A stretch of DNA of 64,000 nt from Actinomycetota bacterium (lineage in GTDB: Bacteria; Actinomycetota; Thermoleophilia; Solirubrobacterales; Solirubrobacteraceae): NCBI GenBank assembly GCA_005885515.1, contig VAWK01000022.1, forward strand, positions 27,562 through 91,561, given 5' to 3'. The position numbers were made by a program, and so were the translations under genes. Position 1 is the stretch's first letter; each line of letters starts with the position of its first letter. Positions 39,314 through 48,141 of the stretch are shown here, piece by piece. Below the pieces are notes generated by a model. The model searched no databases. It saw nothing but the letters and a program-made list of their open reading frames with translations, and was not told where the DNA came from.

Positions 39314-39360
39314 TGGGCGTGGAACGAGTCTCTCTGGGCATGGACAGAGTCTCCTGGGGA
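39314..39360. repeat. Direct repeat, about 2.3 copies of a 20-21 bp unit (TGGGCrTGGAmmGAGTCTCyC)
   Basis: Copies were read at 39314, 39335 and 39355, in the intergenic region between the ccmE start and the small zinc-ribbon ORF. Confidence 0.65.
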
Positions 39361-39393
39361 GCAATCCTGGTACGCACCCGCCTCCCCCACCCG

Positions 39394-39597
39394 ATGGCGA
39401 TGCGGCGACTGCCGCGGTCGCCTTCGCGCCGCCGCGCGGTGGCCCTGCTGCCGGCCGACCCGGCCGTGCTGCGCGTGCGCCGCGCCGGCGGGCCGGTCGA
39501 CGAGGCCTCCTACAGCTGCCAGTGCGGCTGCGTGTTCCAGGCGCCGGTCTCTACGACCGTGGCGTGCCCGCACTGCGAAGCGCAGCAGCCCTGGTAG
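39394..39597 (+). CDS. Small basic protein with C-terminal CxC...CxxC zinc-ribbon-like motif
   Basis: MAMRRLPRSPSRRR ... SYSCQCGCVFQAPVSTTVACPHCEAQQPW. The start is uncertain; the track ORF begins at 39265. Confidence 0.4.
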   Translation: MAMRRLPRSPSRRRAVALLPADPAVLRVRRAGGPVDEASYSCQCGCVFQAPVSTTVACPHCEAQQPW

Positions 39598-39642
39598 CCG
39601 CGGCCCGGCGCCTGGTCTCGGCCTGGGGCGACCCGCTGACGC

Positions 39643-40044
39643 TCAGGAAGCCAGGCCGGCCGCCTCGAGCGCTTGGCGCACCGAGGAGAAGGTCCTCACG
39701 CTCCTGGCTTTGTCATCGAGCAAGGTCCAGATCTGGGCGAAGCGCTGTTCGACCTCGATCGATGTCTGCCTCCCCTTGGCGGTCATCCGCATGGCGACGA
39801 CGACCGCGTCACCGGCGTCCCAGAAGCGCTCCGGCTGGAAGTGAATGTCCTCCATCGCCTCGGCGAACGACGCGAAATAGCGCCTGACGCCGTCGTGGCC
39901 ACGGTATGTATCGGGCTCGGGCGATAGCTCGGCCGGCACGATGGCTTCGAACTCGGGGTGCGTGAACTGGAGGATGCGCTCGATGTCACCGTCGCTGAAG
40001 GCTTGGAGGCCTTCCCTCAGGATCTCGACGTCGCGCTCGTACAC
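39643..40044 (-). CDS. SnoaL-like / NTF2-fold protein
   Basis: A 133-aa ORF with the typical SnoaL_2 layout (ILREGLQAFSDGDIERIL ... FWDAGDAVVV ... RQALEAAGL). Confidence 0.7.
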   Translation of the reverse strand: MYERDVEILREGLQAFSDGDIERILQFTHPEFEAIVPAELSPEPDTYRGHDGVRRYFASFAEAMEDIHFQPERFWDAGDAVVVAMRMTAKGRQTSIEVEQRFAQIWTLLDDKARSVRTFSSVRQALEAAGLAS

Positions 40045-40152
40045 CGGCGAGTAATTGTGCCGCTAGCGCTGAATGCGCGGCGAGATTCGCGACGACCTGA
40101 CTCGCGTGCACCGTCTCACCGGCGAGGAGCCGGCCGCGGCTTGCTGCGAGGA

Positions 40153-40500
40153 TCAGAGGCGACCCGGGCCGTGGAAGGGAATCCGCGTGTGGCAGGTGTG
40201 ATAGGTGCGCGTCCCGGAGATGATCGAGCCCGACGTCGTGATCACGGTGATCTTCACCGGAAAGGTGCCCGCCGGTAGGCCGCGCAGGTTGATCGGGGCC
40301 GAGAACTGACCCCGCTTGCTTTTGACGACCCCAACCTCGTGGCGGTTCAGGAAGACGATCGCCTCCACTGCTCGATCGCCGCGGGCGGGACCGGCTGCAA
40401 CGACACCACGGACACGGCGCTCGTCACCGCTGGCCAGTCGGTCGTTATCACCAATGCGGGCACCGCCGGCGCCAACGACTTCAAAGCGGGCGTGGTCTGG
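40153..40500 (-). pseudogene. Orphan 3' fragment of a beta-sandwich-type protein
   Basis: A coding-looking C-terminus (AIVFLNRHEVGVVKSKRGQFSAPINLRGLPAGTFPVKITVITTSG) has no credible N-terminus or signal peptide. Confidence 0.3.
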
Positions 40501-40510
40501 ACTGCGGTCA

Positions 40511-40774
40511 TCAAATAGACGAGCAGCGACCTCCCCGGCCGCAGAGATCGAGCGCTCGATGTTCCGGCTCCATACGCCAGAACTCGCACCCCTCGAAGAC
40601 CCTCTCGACGGCTTCGGTGAATGCAGCCAACCCACGCCGAGTTCCAGGCTCGATCGCCCCGGGTGGGTTGACATAGTCGATCGTGTCGTCGAGCAACTGC
40701 GGCGGCCCTGGCAGCTCGCCGCGGCGCCACGCGTCGTACACGGCGCGCACGACCTGCTCGTTTCCCTGCGCCAT
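40511..40774 (-). pseudogene. Truncated paralog of the SnoaL-like gene
   Basis: GAGGAG SD plus ATG at 40774. MAQGNEQVVRAVYDAWRRGE...FEGCEFWRMEPEHR then runs into nonsense and a stop about 45 aa short of the neighbouring paralog. Confidence 0.45.
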
Positions 40775-40899
40775 CCCCTGCTCCTCGAGTCGGCAGGCCG
40801 CTCGTCGGGACCCCCGTCCTCGCACCGCGAAGCCAGAAATACGATGACGGCAGCGCCGATGCTTGATCGCGGCTAGCGCGCCGCTGGTGCCGTCGACGT

Positions 40900-41367
40900 C
40901 TAGCTCAATCCCATCTGCTCGGCCAGCTGCTGGGCTTGCTCCGGGGTCATGCCCTCGATCTGCTTGAAGAACCCGATGTCGAAGGGGATGTCGTTCCCGT
41001 CGGGCATGTGGTTGACCAGGAACTGGTCGGTATCGCTCGAGAGCACGACGACCAGTTCGGCGCCCGGCCCGCTGCTGGGGGTATGAACACTCTCGACCGG
41101 CTCGTACGCGATTGCGCCGGCCGGCAGCTTGAGCCCCTCGTACTCCCACTCCCCCGAGATCGTGTAGGCGATCGCGTGGCACTTGTGCGTGTGCGGTGCC
41201 AACTCGCAGCCGGGACCAAAGCGGAACTTGAAGACCACCTTGCCCAACTCCTCATCGGCGTGGATGACCTTGATCCACGCTTCGCCGCTCGGCAGCCCTG
41301 GGAGGGGCAGCCACTGCCTGTCCTCGCTGGTAAAGACCCGCGTCAAGTCCTCGTGCGCTGCCTCCAT
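40900..41367 (-). CDS. Cupin-domain protein (ChrR-like cupin)
   Basis: KVVFKFRFGPGCELAPHTHKCHAIAYTISGEW ... YEPVESVHTP, the His-containing cupin motifs. Confidence 0.7.
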   Translation of the reverse strand: MEAAHEDLTRVFTSEDRQWLPLPGLPSGEAWIKVIHADEELGKVVFKFRFGPGCELAPHTHKCHAIAYTISGEWEYEGLKLPAGAIAYEPVESVHTPSSGPGAELVVVLSSDTDQFLVNHMPDGNDIPFDIGFFKQIEGMTPEQAQQLAEQMGLS

Positions 41368-41470
41368 GACAACTCCTCTCTAGCTCGCTTGCATAGATCT
41401 TTTCACGGCGGGGATCACGACACATCCCGCGTTCGCGGCGCGCCCCGCTGCGGCTCGACGGCTCAAGGTC

Positions 41471-41484
41471 GTTGAGCGCTCAAC
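41471..41484. promoter_or_regulatory. Perfect 14-bp palindrome GTTGAGCGCTCAAC in a divergent intergenic region
   Basis: Read directly. It lies 84 nt upstream of the 41568 ORF and 104 nt upstream of the cupin gene start. Confidence 0.3.
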
Positions 41485-41567
41485 TTAGGTCTCGATAAGC
41501 CGAGGCCGGGTATGCCAAATGTCTTGGCAGTCGGCACATCCAAACTCAGCCCCGAGGAGGGAGGCCA

Positions 41568-41777
41568 ATGCCCAGAGTCCTCGTGACCACGCATACCAGC
41601 GAGGTATCCGACCTGCCCGTGCTGATGGACGAGTCGGTCTTTCCAGCAAATCTGGAAGACGACCATTCAGCGGCACAGCTGATCGAGCGCATCGCGTGGG
41701 CCGTCAGCGACGCGGCCGAGGTGGAGAGCGAGCAGCTCCACGATGGCCAAAGCCGCCTCGGCGCACGCGCAAGCTAG
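41568..41777 (+). CDS. Small acidic hypothetical protein (69 aa)
   Basis: A strong SD (GAGGAGGGAGG) lies 5 nt before the ATG. No family was recognised. Confidence 0.45.
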   Translation: MPRVLVTTHTSEVSDLPVLMDESVFPANLEDDHSAAQLIERIAWAVSDAAEVESEQLHDGQSRLGARAS

Positions 41778-41779
41778 AT

Positions 41780-42310
41780 CCCGCTCGTAGGCCGAGGAGG
41801 TCGCCGCACCGCGAGCAGGCGCGCACTCGGGGTCTGGGTGCCGCGCGGCGGGATGCGGTAGCTCTTCCCGCATGCGCAGACGTGCAGGCTGTCCGGCGCC
41901 ACCAGCCCGTCCGCGTAGCGGGCGTGGTAGCTGGGGCAGCGGTCTAGTCGTCCACCAGTTGGGGACTCGCTGAGGGTGAGGCAGTGGGGCACGCGTGTAC
42001 CTCGCGGCTGTGGCGGCCCATCGCGGTGAAGACGAGGCGGGTGTGCCGAGCCGGGCACTCTCGAACAGCGGGCTGCCACCGCCCATCAGCGGGTCAAGGC
42101 ATACCTCGCGCAGCCGATGGGAGTCGGTGAGGTCAAGAACCCGTAGTCAGGCCTTCGGCGTGGTTGAGGACGCTGGACCACGAGCAGGTGCGCGGCAAAC
42201 GACATCGCCGCTTCGAGCTTCGGCTCGGCGCAGCCATGGGCGCCGCACTCGAGAACGCCGTGCGGTTCGAGCGTGTCCGCCTTACAGTCGGCGAGGGAAA
42301 CGGCTTTACA
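41780..42310 (-). pseudogene. Degraded DNA methyltransferase-like remnant
   Basis: No intact ORF. One frame reads VLDLTDSHRLREVCLDPLMGGGSPLFESARLG (FxGxG/motif I-like) directly after a stop. The neighbouring frame reads HGCAEPKLEAAMSFAAHLL. Confidence 0.3.
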
Positions 42311-42313
42311 GCG

Positions 42314-43630
42314 CTACTTGATGTGCATCCCCGAGATCGCACGCGCGATCACCAGTTGCTGGATCTCGGCGGTGCCCTCGAAGATGTCGTAGATCTTTGC
42401 GTCGCGGTGCCAGCGCTCGACGGGGAACTCGCGCGCGTAGCCGTTGCCGCCCAGAATCTGGATCGCGCGCTCGGTGACCCACACGGCCACCTCGCCGGCC
42501 TTCAGCTTGCTCATCGAGCCCTCGGCGTTCTCGAACGCGAGCCCGTTGCGGCCCATCCATGAGGCCCGCCACGCCAGCAGGCGGGCGGCATCGATCTCCG
42601 TCTTCATGCGCGCCAGCGTGAACGCGATCGCCTGGTTTTCGATGATCTTGCGTCCGAACTGCTCGCGCTCCTTGGCGTAGTCCAGCGCGTACTCGTAGGC
42701 GGCGCGGGCGATGCCCAGCGCCTGGGCCGCCACCGTGGGGCGCGACGCCTCGAACGTCTGCATGGCCGCCTGCGACTTGCTGCGCTTGCCCTCACGCACG
42801 CGCGCCAGGCGCTCGTCGAGCTTCTCCTTGCCGCCCAGCACATAGCCGGCGGGGACCCGACAGTCATCGAGGAACACGTCCGCGGTATGCGACGCGCGCA
42901 AGCCGTGCTTGGACACCTTCGTGCCCTGCGAGATCCCTTTGGCCTCGCTCATCGGCACCACAAACGCGCCGTGTCCGCGCGCGCCAAGCTCGCGGTCTAC
43001 CGAGGCGATCACCACGTGCACGTCGGCGATGCCGCCGTTGGTCGCCCAGGCCTTCTGTCCGTTCAGCACCCACTCGCCCGCACCCTCGTCGAACTTGGCG
43101 GTGGAGCGCACGCCGGACACGTCCGAGCCGGCGTTGGGCTCAGACGCGCAGAAGGCGGCTACCTTCACGTCGTCCACCGTGCCGAAACAGCGCGGGATCC
43201 ACTCGCCGATCTGCTCGCCGCTGCCCTGCCCGAAGATCGCTGCCACCGCCAGCGACGTGCCAAAGATCGACATCCCGATGCCGGCGTCGCCCCAGAACAG
43301 CTCCTCGTTGACGATCGGCAGCGTCAGGCCCGTCGGGTCGGCAAAGAACTGTGCCATGCCTTCGTAGCCGTACAGGCCGATCTTCGCCGCCTCCTGGATG
43401 ATCGGCCACGGCGTCTGCTCCTTCTCGTCCCACTCGTGCGCGGCCGGACGCACCACGTCCGCGGCAAATCCGTGCACCCAGTCGCGGATGTCCTTCTGAT
43501 CCTGGCTGAGCTGCAGCGAGAAGCTCGTGTCCTGGCCGGCCGCGCTGCGAATCGCCTCCACAGCGGCCTCGGCGGCCTCCGTGGCCCCCTCCGGGGCCGT
43601 CGCTGCCGGGGATGTTGGGGGCGCTGACAT
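42314..43630 (-). CDS. Acyl-CoA dehydrogenase
   Basis: ACAD fold with CASEPNAGSD and C-terminal RDAKIYDIFEGTAEIQQLVIARAISG. ATG at 43630 has AAGGAG upstream. Confidence 0.9.
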   Translation of the reverse strand: MSAPPTSPAATAPEGATEAAEAAVEAIRSAAGQDTSFSLQLSQDQKDIRDWVHGFAADVVRPAAHEWDEKEQTPWPIIQEAAKIGLYGYEGMAQFFADPTGLTLPIVNEELFWGDAGIGMSIFGTSLAVAAIFGQGSGEQIGEWIPRCFGTVDDVKVAAFCASEPNAGSDVSGVRSTAKFDEGAGEWVLNGQKAWATNGGIADVHVVIASVDRELGARGHGAFVVPMSEAKGISQGTKVSKHGLRASHTADVFLDDCRVPAGYVLGGKEKLDERLARVREGKRSKSQAAMQTFEASRPTVAAQALGIARAAYEYALDYAKEREQFGRKIIENQAIAFTLARMKTEIDAARLLAWRASWMGRNGLAFENAEGSMSKLKAGEVAVWVTERAIQILGGNGYAREFPVERWHRDAKIYDIFEGTAEIQQLVIARAISGMHIK

Positions 43631-43844
43631 CGCGTCTGAATCTCCTTTTCCGCCGTGTCGATCCGCCGGGCACACAACGAGCGCCGCGGCGTCCTGCCCA
43701 CAGAAGCCTAGCCCACGCGCGCGCAAAGCGGCCTCGGTGCGGCAAATGCGAGGGCAGAAGCACAACCGCGAGAGGGCACCACGCCGGCGGCTTGCTCGCA
43801 CCGGGTTTGCCGATCTTCCCTAAAAAGCCGACCTTCTTTAGTAT

Positions 43845-43867
43845 GTTAGTCTACTTGATCAACTAAC
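43845..43867. promoter_or_regulatory. AT-rich inverted repeat GTTAGT-N11-ACTAAC (inner TTGATCAA) just upstream of the sulfate transporter operon
   Basis: Read directly; it ends 15 nt before the 43883 start. The local sequence is far more AT-rich than the genome background. Confidence 0.35.
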
Positions 43868-43882
43868 TCGAGAAAGTGATCA

Positions 43883-44875
43883 ATGCATAGACGAAGCATT
43901 CCCACAGTGCTGTCGCTGTTGGCGGCAATCCCGTTCCTGGCCGCGTGCGGCTCCTCGAGCTCGTCGAGCAAGCACATCGCGCTGGTCGCCTACTCCACCC
44001 CGCAGGGAGTGTTCGAAAAGCTGATCCCCGCATTCCAGGCCACACCCGAAGGCAACGGCGTCGGCTTCAGCCAGTCCTACGGAGCCTCGGGCGCGCAAAC
44101 CAGAGCCGTGCTCGCCGGCCAGCACGCCGACGTGGTCAACCTGTCGCTGGAACCGGATGTGGAAAAGCTCGTCAAGGCCGGGCTCGTGTCTTCCGGCTGG
44201 AACAAGAACGCGACACACGGCTTCGTGACCGACTCCGTGGTCGTGATCATCGTGCGCAAGGGCAACCCCAAGCACATCACCGGCTGGTCTGATCTGGTCA
44301 AGCCAGGCGTGCAGGTGCTCACGCCGAACCCATTCACCTCGGGCGGCGCCCGCTGGAACGTGATGGCCGCATACGGGGCGCAGCTGAAGGAAGGCAAGAC
44401 CGCAGCGCAGGCCGAGGCTTATCTGACCCAGCTGTTCCACAACGTGGTCAGCCAGGACAGCTCGGCCAGAAACGCGCTGCAGACCTTCGCCGCCGGCCGG
44501 GGCGATGCCCTGCTCGACTACGAGGACGAGGCGATCGCCGACCAGAAGAAGGGTGAGGCGATCGAATATGTGATTCCCGCGGACACGATCCTGATCGAGA
44601 ATCCGATCGCAGCGGTTGGGTCCGGTGGCGGTTCGAAAGCGGCGCAGAGCTTCGTGAGCTACCTGCTGTCACCGGCGGCGCAGACGATCTGGGCATCCAA
44701 GGGTTACCGCCCGGTGATCCCGGGCCTAGCCGCCGGCCGGTTCCCCACGCCGCCGGGTCTGTTCAAGATCGACGCGCTGGGCGGCTGGAAGTCGGTCGTC
44801 AAGAAGTTCTTCGACCCCGAAGCGGGCATCGTGACCAAGATCGAGCAGTCGCTGGGGGTGTCCACTGCCAAGTAG
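43883..44875 (+). CDS. sbp: Sulfate/thiosulfate ABC transporter substrate-binding lipoprotein
   Basis: Lipobox LAACGSSS and a type 2 periplasmic binding fold, followed by cysTWA. Confidence 0.9.
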   Translation: MHRRSIPTVLSLLAAIPFLAACGSSSSSSKHIALVAYSTPQGVFEKLIPAFQATPEGNGVGFSQSYGASGAQTRAVLAGQHADVVNLSLEPDVEKLVKAGLVSSGWNKNATHGFVTDSVVVIIVRKGNPKHITGWSDLVKPGVQVLTPNPFTSGGARWNVMAAYGAQLKEGKTAAQAEAYLTQLFHNVVSQDSSARNALQTFAAGRGDALLDYEDEAIADQKKGEAIEYVIPADTILIENPIAAVGSGGGSKAAQSFVSYLLSPAAQTIWASKGYRPVIPGLAAGRFPTPPGLFKIDALGGWKSVVKKFFDPEAGIVTKIEQSLGVSTAK

Positions 44876-44906
44876 CGACGCCACCCTCTCACTGCCGCCC
44901 GCGCGC

Positions 44907-45719
44907 GTGCGCCGGCTCAGCGCCGGCGCCTGGCGCGCACGCGGAGGCAGCGCTCTCGGCAGGGGCCTGCTCGGTATCTATCTGTCGGCGCTCGTGCTGC
45001 TGCCCGTCTCAGCCGTGCTGGCGAAGTCGACTACAGGTGGAGCGAGCGCTTTCTGGCGTGAGATCTCAAATCCCGAGGCCGTCGCGGCCATCAAGCTGAC
45101 GCTCGTCGTGTCGGCGATAGTCGTGGTCACCAACGCCGTGTTCGGCACCCTGATCGCGTGGGTGCTCGTGCGCGACGAGTTCCCAGGCAAGCGGATCGTC
45201 AACGCGCTCATCGACTTGCCCTTCGCGCTTCCCACGATCGTCGCCGGGGTCGTGCTGCTGGCGCTTTATGGCAAGGGCAGCCCGATGGGCATCAACGTCG
45301 CCTTCACCCGCGCATCGATCGCGCTCGCACTGCTGTTCGTGACGCTCCCGTTCGTGGTGCGCTCGGTGCAGCCGGTGCTGCACGAGCTCGACGTCTCGAT
45401 GGAGGAGGCAGCCGCGTCGCTGGGGGCGGGACCGGCGACGATCCTGCGCAGGATCGTGCTGCCGAGCCTCACGCCGGCGATCATCTCAGGCGTAGCGCTC
45501 AGCTTCGCGCGCGCCGTGGGCGAGTTCGGCTCGTTGGTGCTGATCACCGGCAATCTCCCCTTCAAGACCGAGGTCGGCTCGGTGTACGTGTTCGGCCAGA
45601 TCGAGAGCGACAACCTGCCCGGCGCGGCGGCCGTCTCGATCGTGCTGCTGCTCGCGGCTCTGGCCGTGCTGGCCGCCCTCTCTGTGCTCTCGCGCTGGAG
45701 GTCCGGGCATGTCGTCTAG
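44907..45719 (+). CDS. cysT: Sulfate ABC transporter permease CysT
   Basis: Polytopic permease with an EAA-like loop (MEEAAASLGAGPATILRRIVLP). Confidence 0.9.
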   Translation: MRRLSAGAWRARGGSALGRGLLGIYLSALVLLPVSAVLAKSTTGGASAFWREISNPEAVAAIKLTLVVSAIVVVTNAVFGTLIAWVLVRDEFPGKRIVNALIDLPFALPTIVAGVVLLALYGKGSPMGINVAFTRASIALALLFVTLPFVVRSVQPVLHELDVSMEEAAASLGAGPATILRRIVLPSLTPAIISGVALSFARAVGEFGSLVLITGNLPFKTEVGSVYVFGQIESDNLPGAAAVSIVLLLAALAVLAALSVLSRWRSGHVV

Positions 45720-46611
45720 CGCCTCGGGCGCCGTCGCTTCAGCACGCGCGCCTCTGGTCCCGCGCAGCCGCGCACCGTCGCGCGCCGCCGACGAGCGCGC
45801 GCGCCGCGCGCGCCGCCTGGGCCTGAGGGCCATCGCGCTTGGCTATCTGGCGCTGCTGCTGGTGGCGCCGGTAGCGATGATCTTCTACAGGACCTTCGCG
45901 CACGGGCTGGCGCCGGTCTGGCACGCCGTGAGCGCGGCCAACGCACAGCACGCGTTCTGGCTCTCGCTGGAGGTCGTCGCCATCGCCGTGCCGCTGAACA
46001 CGGTCTTCGGGATCGGCATCGCGCTACTGCTCGAGCGCGGGCGCTTCAGAGGCAGGGCGCTGCTTGGAATGCTGATCGACCTCCCGTTTGCGATCTCCCC
46101 GGTCGTGGTCGGGCTGGCCCTGGTGCTCGTGTACGGCAAGACGGGCTGGTTCGGCAACTGGCTCGCGGCGAACGGAATCGCGGTGATCTTCTCGGTGCCC
46201 GGCATGGTGCTGGCGACCGCGGTCGTTTCGCTGCCGTTCGTCGCGCGCGAGACGATCCCCGTGCTGCACGAGCTCGGCACCGACTCCGAGCAGGCCGCCG
46301 CGACACTCGGCGCAAGCCGGTGGCAGACGTTCATGCGCATCACCCTGCCCGGGATCAGGTGGGGCGTCGTCTACGGCGTCGTCCTGACCACGGCCCGCGC
46401 GCTCGGAGAGTTCGGCGCAGTGAGCATCGTCTCCGGGCGAATCGAGGGCCAGACGCAGACGCTGCCCCTGTATGTACAGGATCGCTTCGAGAACTTCGAC
46501 ATCACCGGCGCCTACGCCGCGGCGGTCGTGCTCGCGCTGCTGGCGCTCGCAACGCTGCTGGCCATGAACCTGCTCACCCGACACACGCGCCCCGGAGAAG
46601 CGGTGACCTGA
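45709..46611 (+). CDS. cysW: Sulfate ABC transporter permease CysW
   Basis: Paralogous permease with [22 protein letters not shown]. It overlaps cysT by 11 nt. Confidence 0.9.
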   Translation: MSSSASGAVASARAPLVPRSRAPSRAADERARRARRLGLRAIALGYLALLLVAPVAMIFYRTFAHGLAPVWHAVSAANAQHAFWLSLEVVAIAVPLNTVFGIGIALLLERGRFRGRALLGMLIDLPFAISPVVVGLALVLVYGKTGWFGNWLAANGIAVIFSVPGMVLATAVVSLPFVARETIPVLHELGTDSEQAAATLGASRWQTFMRITLPGIRWGVVYGVVLTTARALGEFGAVSIVSGRIEGQTQTLPLYVQDRFENFDITGAYAAAVVLALLALATLLAMNLLTRHTRPGEAVT

Positions 46612-47567
46612 TGGCGATCGAGGTCCACAACGTGAGCAAGTCCTTCGGCACATTCACCGCGCTGGACGACGTCTGCATCCGCGTGGCAGACGGAGCCCTC
46701 ACCGCGCTGCTTGGACCGAGCGGCAGCGGCAAGTCGACGCTGTTGCGGATCATCGCCGGCTTGGAGAGCCCCGACACCGGCGTGGTGACGATCGGCGGCA
46801 ACGACGTCACCGGTGTGCCCGCTCGCTCGCGCGGCGTCGGGTTCGTCTTCCAGCACTACGCGCCGTTCAAGCACATGACCGTCGCCGGCAACATCGGTTT
46901 CGGCTTGTCGGTGCGCCGCCGCCCGCGCGCCGAGATCCAGGCGCGGGTGAAGGAGCTGCTTGCGCTCGTGCGCCTCGAGGGACTGGCCGGACGCTATCCC
47001 TCCCAGCTCTCGGGCGGCCAGCTGCAGCGGATGGCGCTCGCGCGCGCGCTCGCGGTGCAGCCCGAGGTTCTGCTGCTAGACGAGCCGTTCGGCGCGCTGG
47101 ACGCGCAGGTGCGCTCAGAGCTGCGCGAATGGCTGCGCCGGCTGCACGACGAGATCCACGTGACCACCATCTTCGTCACGCACGACCAGGAGGAGGCGAT
47201 GGAGCTAGCGCGGCAGATCGTCGTCATGAACGAAGGCAGGATCGAACAGGCGGGCACCCCGCGCGAGCTGTACGAGAGCCCGCGCAACGAGTTCGTGATG
47301 ACGTTCATCGGGCCTGTGAACCGGCTCGGCGACGCGCTCATGCGCCCCCACGACATCCAGATCCTCGCCGAGGCCGGGCCGGACACGACGGAGGCCCTGG
47401 TACACCGGATCGTGCACCTCGGCTTTGAGGTGCGGGTCGAGCTGACGCTGCCCGACGGGCGCCAGATCTGGGCGCAGCAGACCCGCGAGAGCGCCCAGGA
47501 GCTCGAGCTCGCCGAGGGGCAGATACTGGCGGTCCGACTTCCCGAGCTGCGCGAATTTGCGGCCTAG
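46611..47567 (+). CDS. cysA: Sulfate ABC transporter ATP-binding protein CysA
   Basis: ATG overlaps the cysW TGA. Walker [10 protein letters not shown], signature LSGGQLQRM and Walker B LLLDEPF. Confidence 0.9.
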   Translation: MAIEVHNVSKSFGTFTALDDVCIRVADGALTALLGPSGSGKSTLLRIIAGLESPDTGVVTIGGNDVTGVPARSRGVGFVFQHYAPFKHMTVAGNIGFGLSVRRRPRAEIQARVKELLALVRLEGLAGRYPSQLSGGQLQRMALARALAVQPEVLLLDEPFGALDAQVRSELREWLRRLHDEIHVTTIFVTHDQEEAMELARQIVVMNEGRIEQAGTPRELYESPRNEFVMTFIGPVNRLGDALMRPHDIQILAEAGPDTTEALVHRIVHLGFEVRVELTLPDGRQIWAQQTRESAQELELAEGQILAVRLPELREFAA

Positions 47568-48022
47568 CGTGTGTGCCAGGCCTGCTCTTCGCGCGTGAGG
47601 GCCACGACCTCCCGAGGCAGCTTCCCGGCCGCGACCTGCTCGACGGTCACGTGCTCGAGCACCTTGCGTAGGTTGGCGCGCAGCGCGATCCACACCTGCT
47701 GCAGCGATTCGGCCGTGCCCGTGTATTCGACCTCCTCCGGACGCTGCCCGCGCACACCGACGAGCGGGCCCTCGACTGCGCGGATGACCTGCGCGAGGTT
47801 GATGTCGCGCGCGGGCCGAGCCAGCCAGTAGCCCCCTTCGGGCCCGCGCTGACTTCGAACCAACCCGGAGGAGCGGAGCTGCGTGAGGATGTTCTCAAGG
47901 AACGACACCGGGATTCCCTGCGCCTTTGCGACCTCGTCGACCTTGCGAGGCGCGTCCATTCGGCTGCCTGCGAGCTCGATCACGGCTCTCACCGCGTAGT
48001 CGGCCTTGGCGGTCACGTGCAT
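47564..48022 (-). CDS. Rrf2-family transcriptional regulator (CymR/IscR-like)
   Basis: [18 protein letters not shown] wHTH. It is convergent with cysA (4-nt overlap) and divergent from the ZIP gene. Confidence 0.85.
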   Translation of the reverse strand: MHVTAKADYAVRAVIELAGSRMDAPRKVDEVAKAQGIPVSFLENILTQLRSSGLVRSQRGPEGGYWLARPARDINLAQVIRAVEGPLVGVRGQRPEEVEYTGTAESLQQVWIALRANLRKVLEHVTVEQVAAGKLPREVVALTREEQAWHTR

Positions 48023-48091
48023 GCGGCGATTCTCGCCGAAAGCCCGGTCGCACCGCGCTCGCGCCTGCAATCCCGACCGCTGTGGTAGATA

Positions 48092-48105
48092 TTAGGTGTA
48101 CCTAA
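48092..48105. promoter_or_regulatory. Inverted repeat TTAGGT-GT-ACCTAA in the rrf2 / ZIP divergent region
   Basis: Read directly. The half-site resembles the one upstream of sbp (TTAGTCTAC vs TTAGGTGTAC). Confidence 0.35.
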
Positions 48106-48141
48106 CCGCATGGCTATCCGCGTAGCGACACCTAGGCACTG

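Noticed and set aside
46320-47567. A 415-aa version of CysA starting at 46320.
   Set aside because: The first 97 codons overlap cysW in another frame and look non-coding. The ATG at 46611 overlaps the cysW stop and gives the normal [16 protein letters not shown] ATPase N-terminus.
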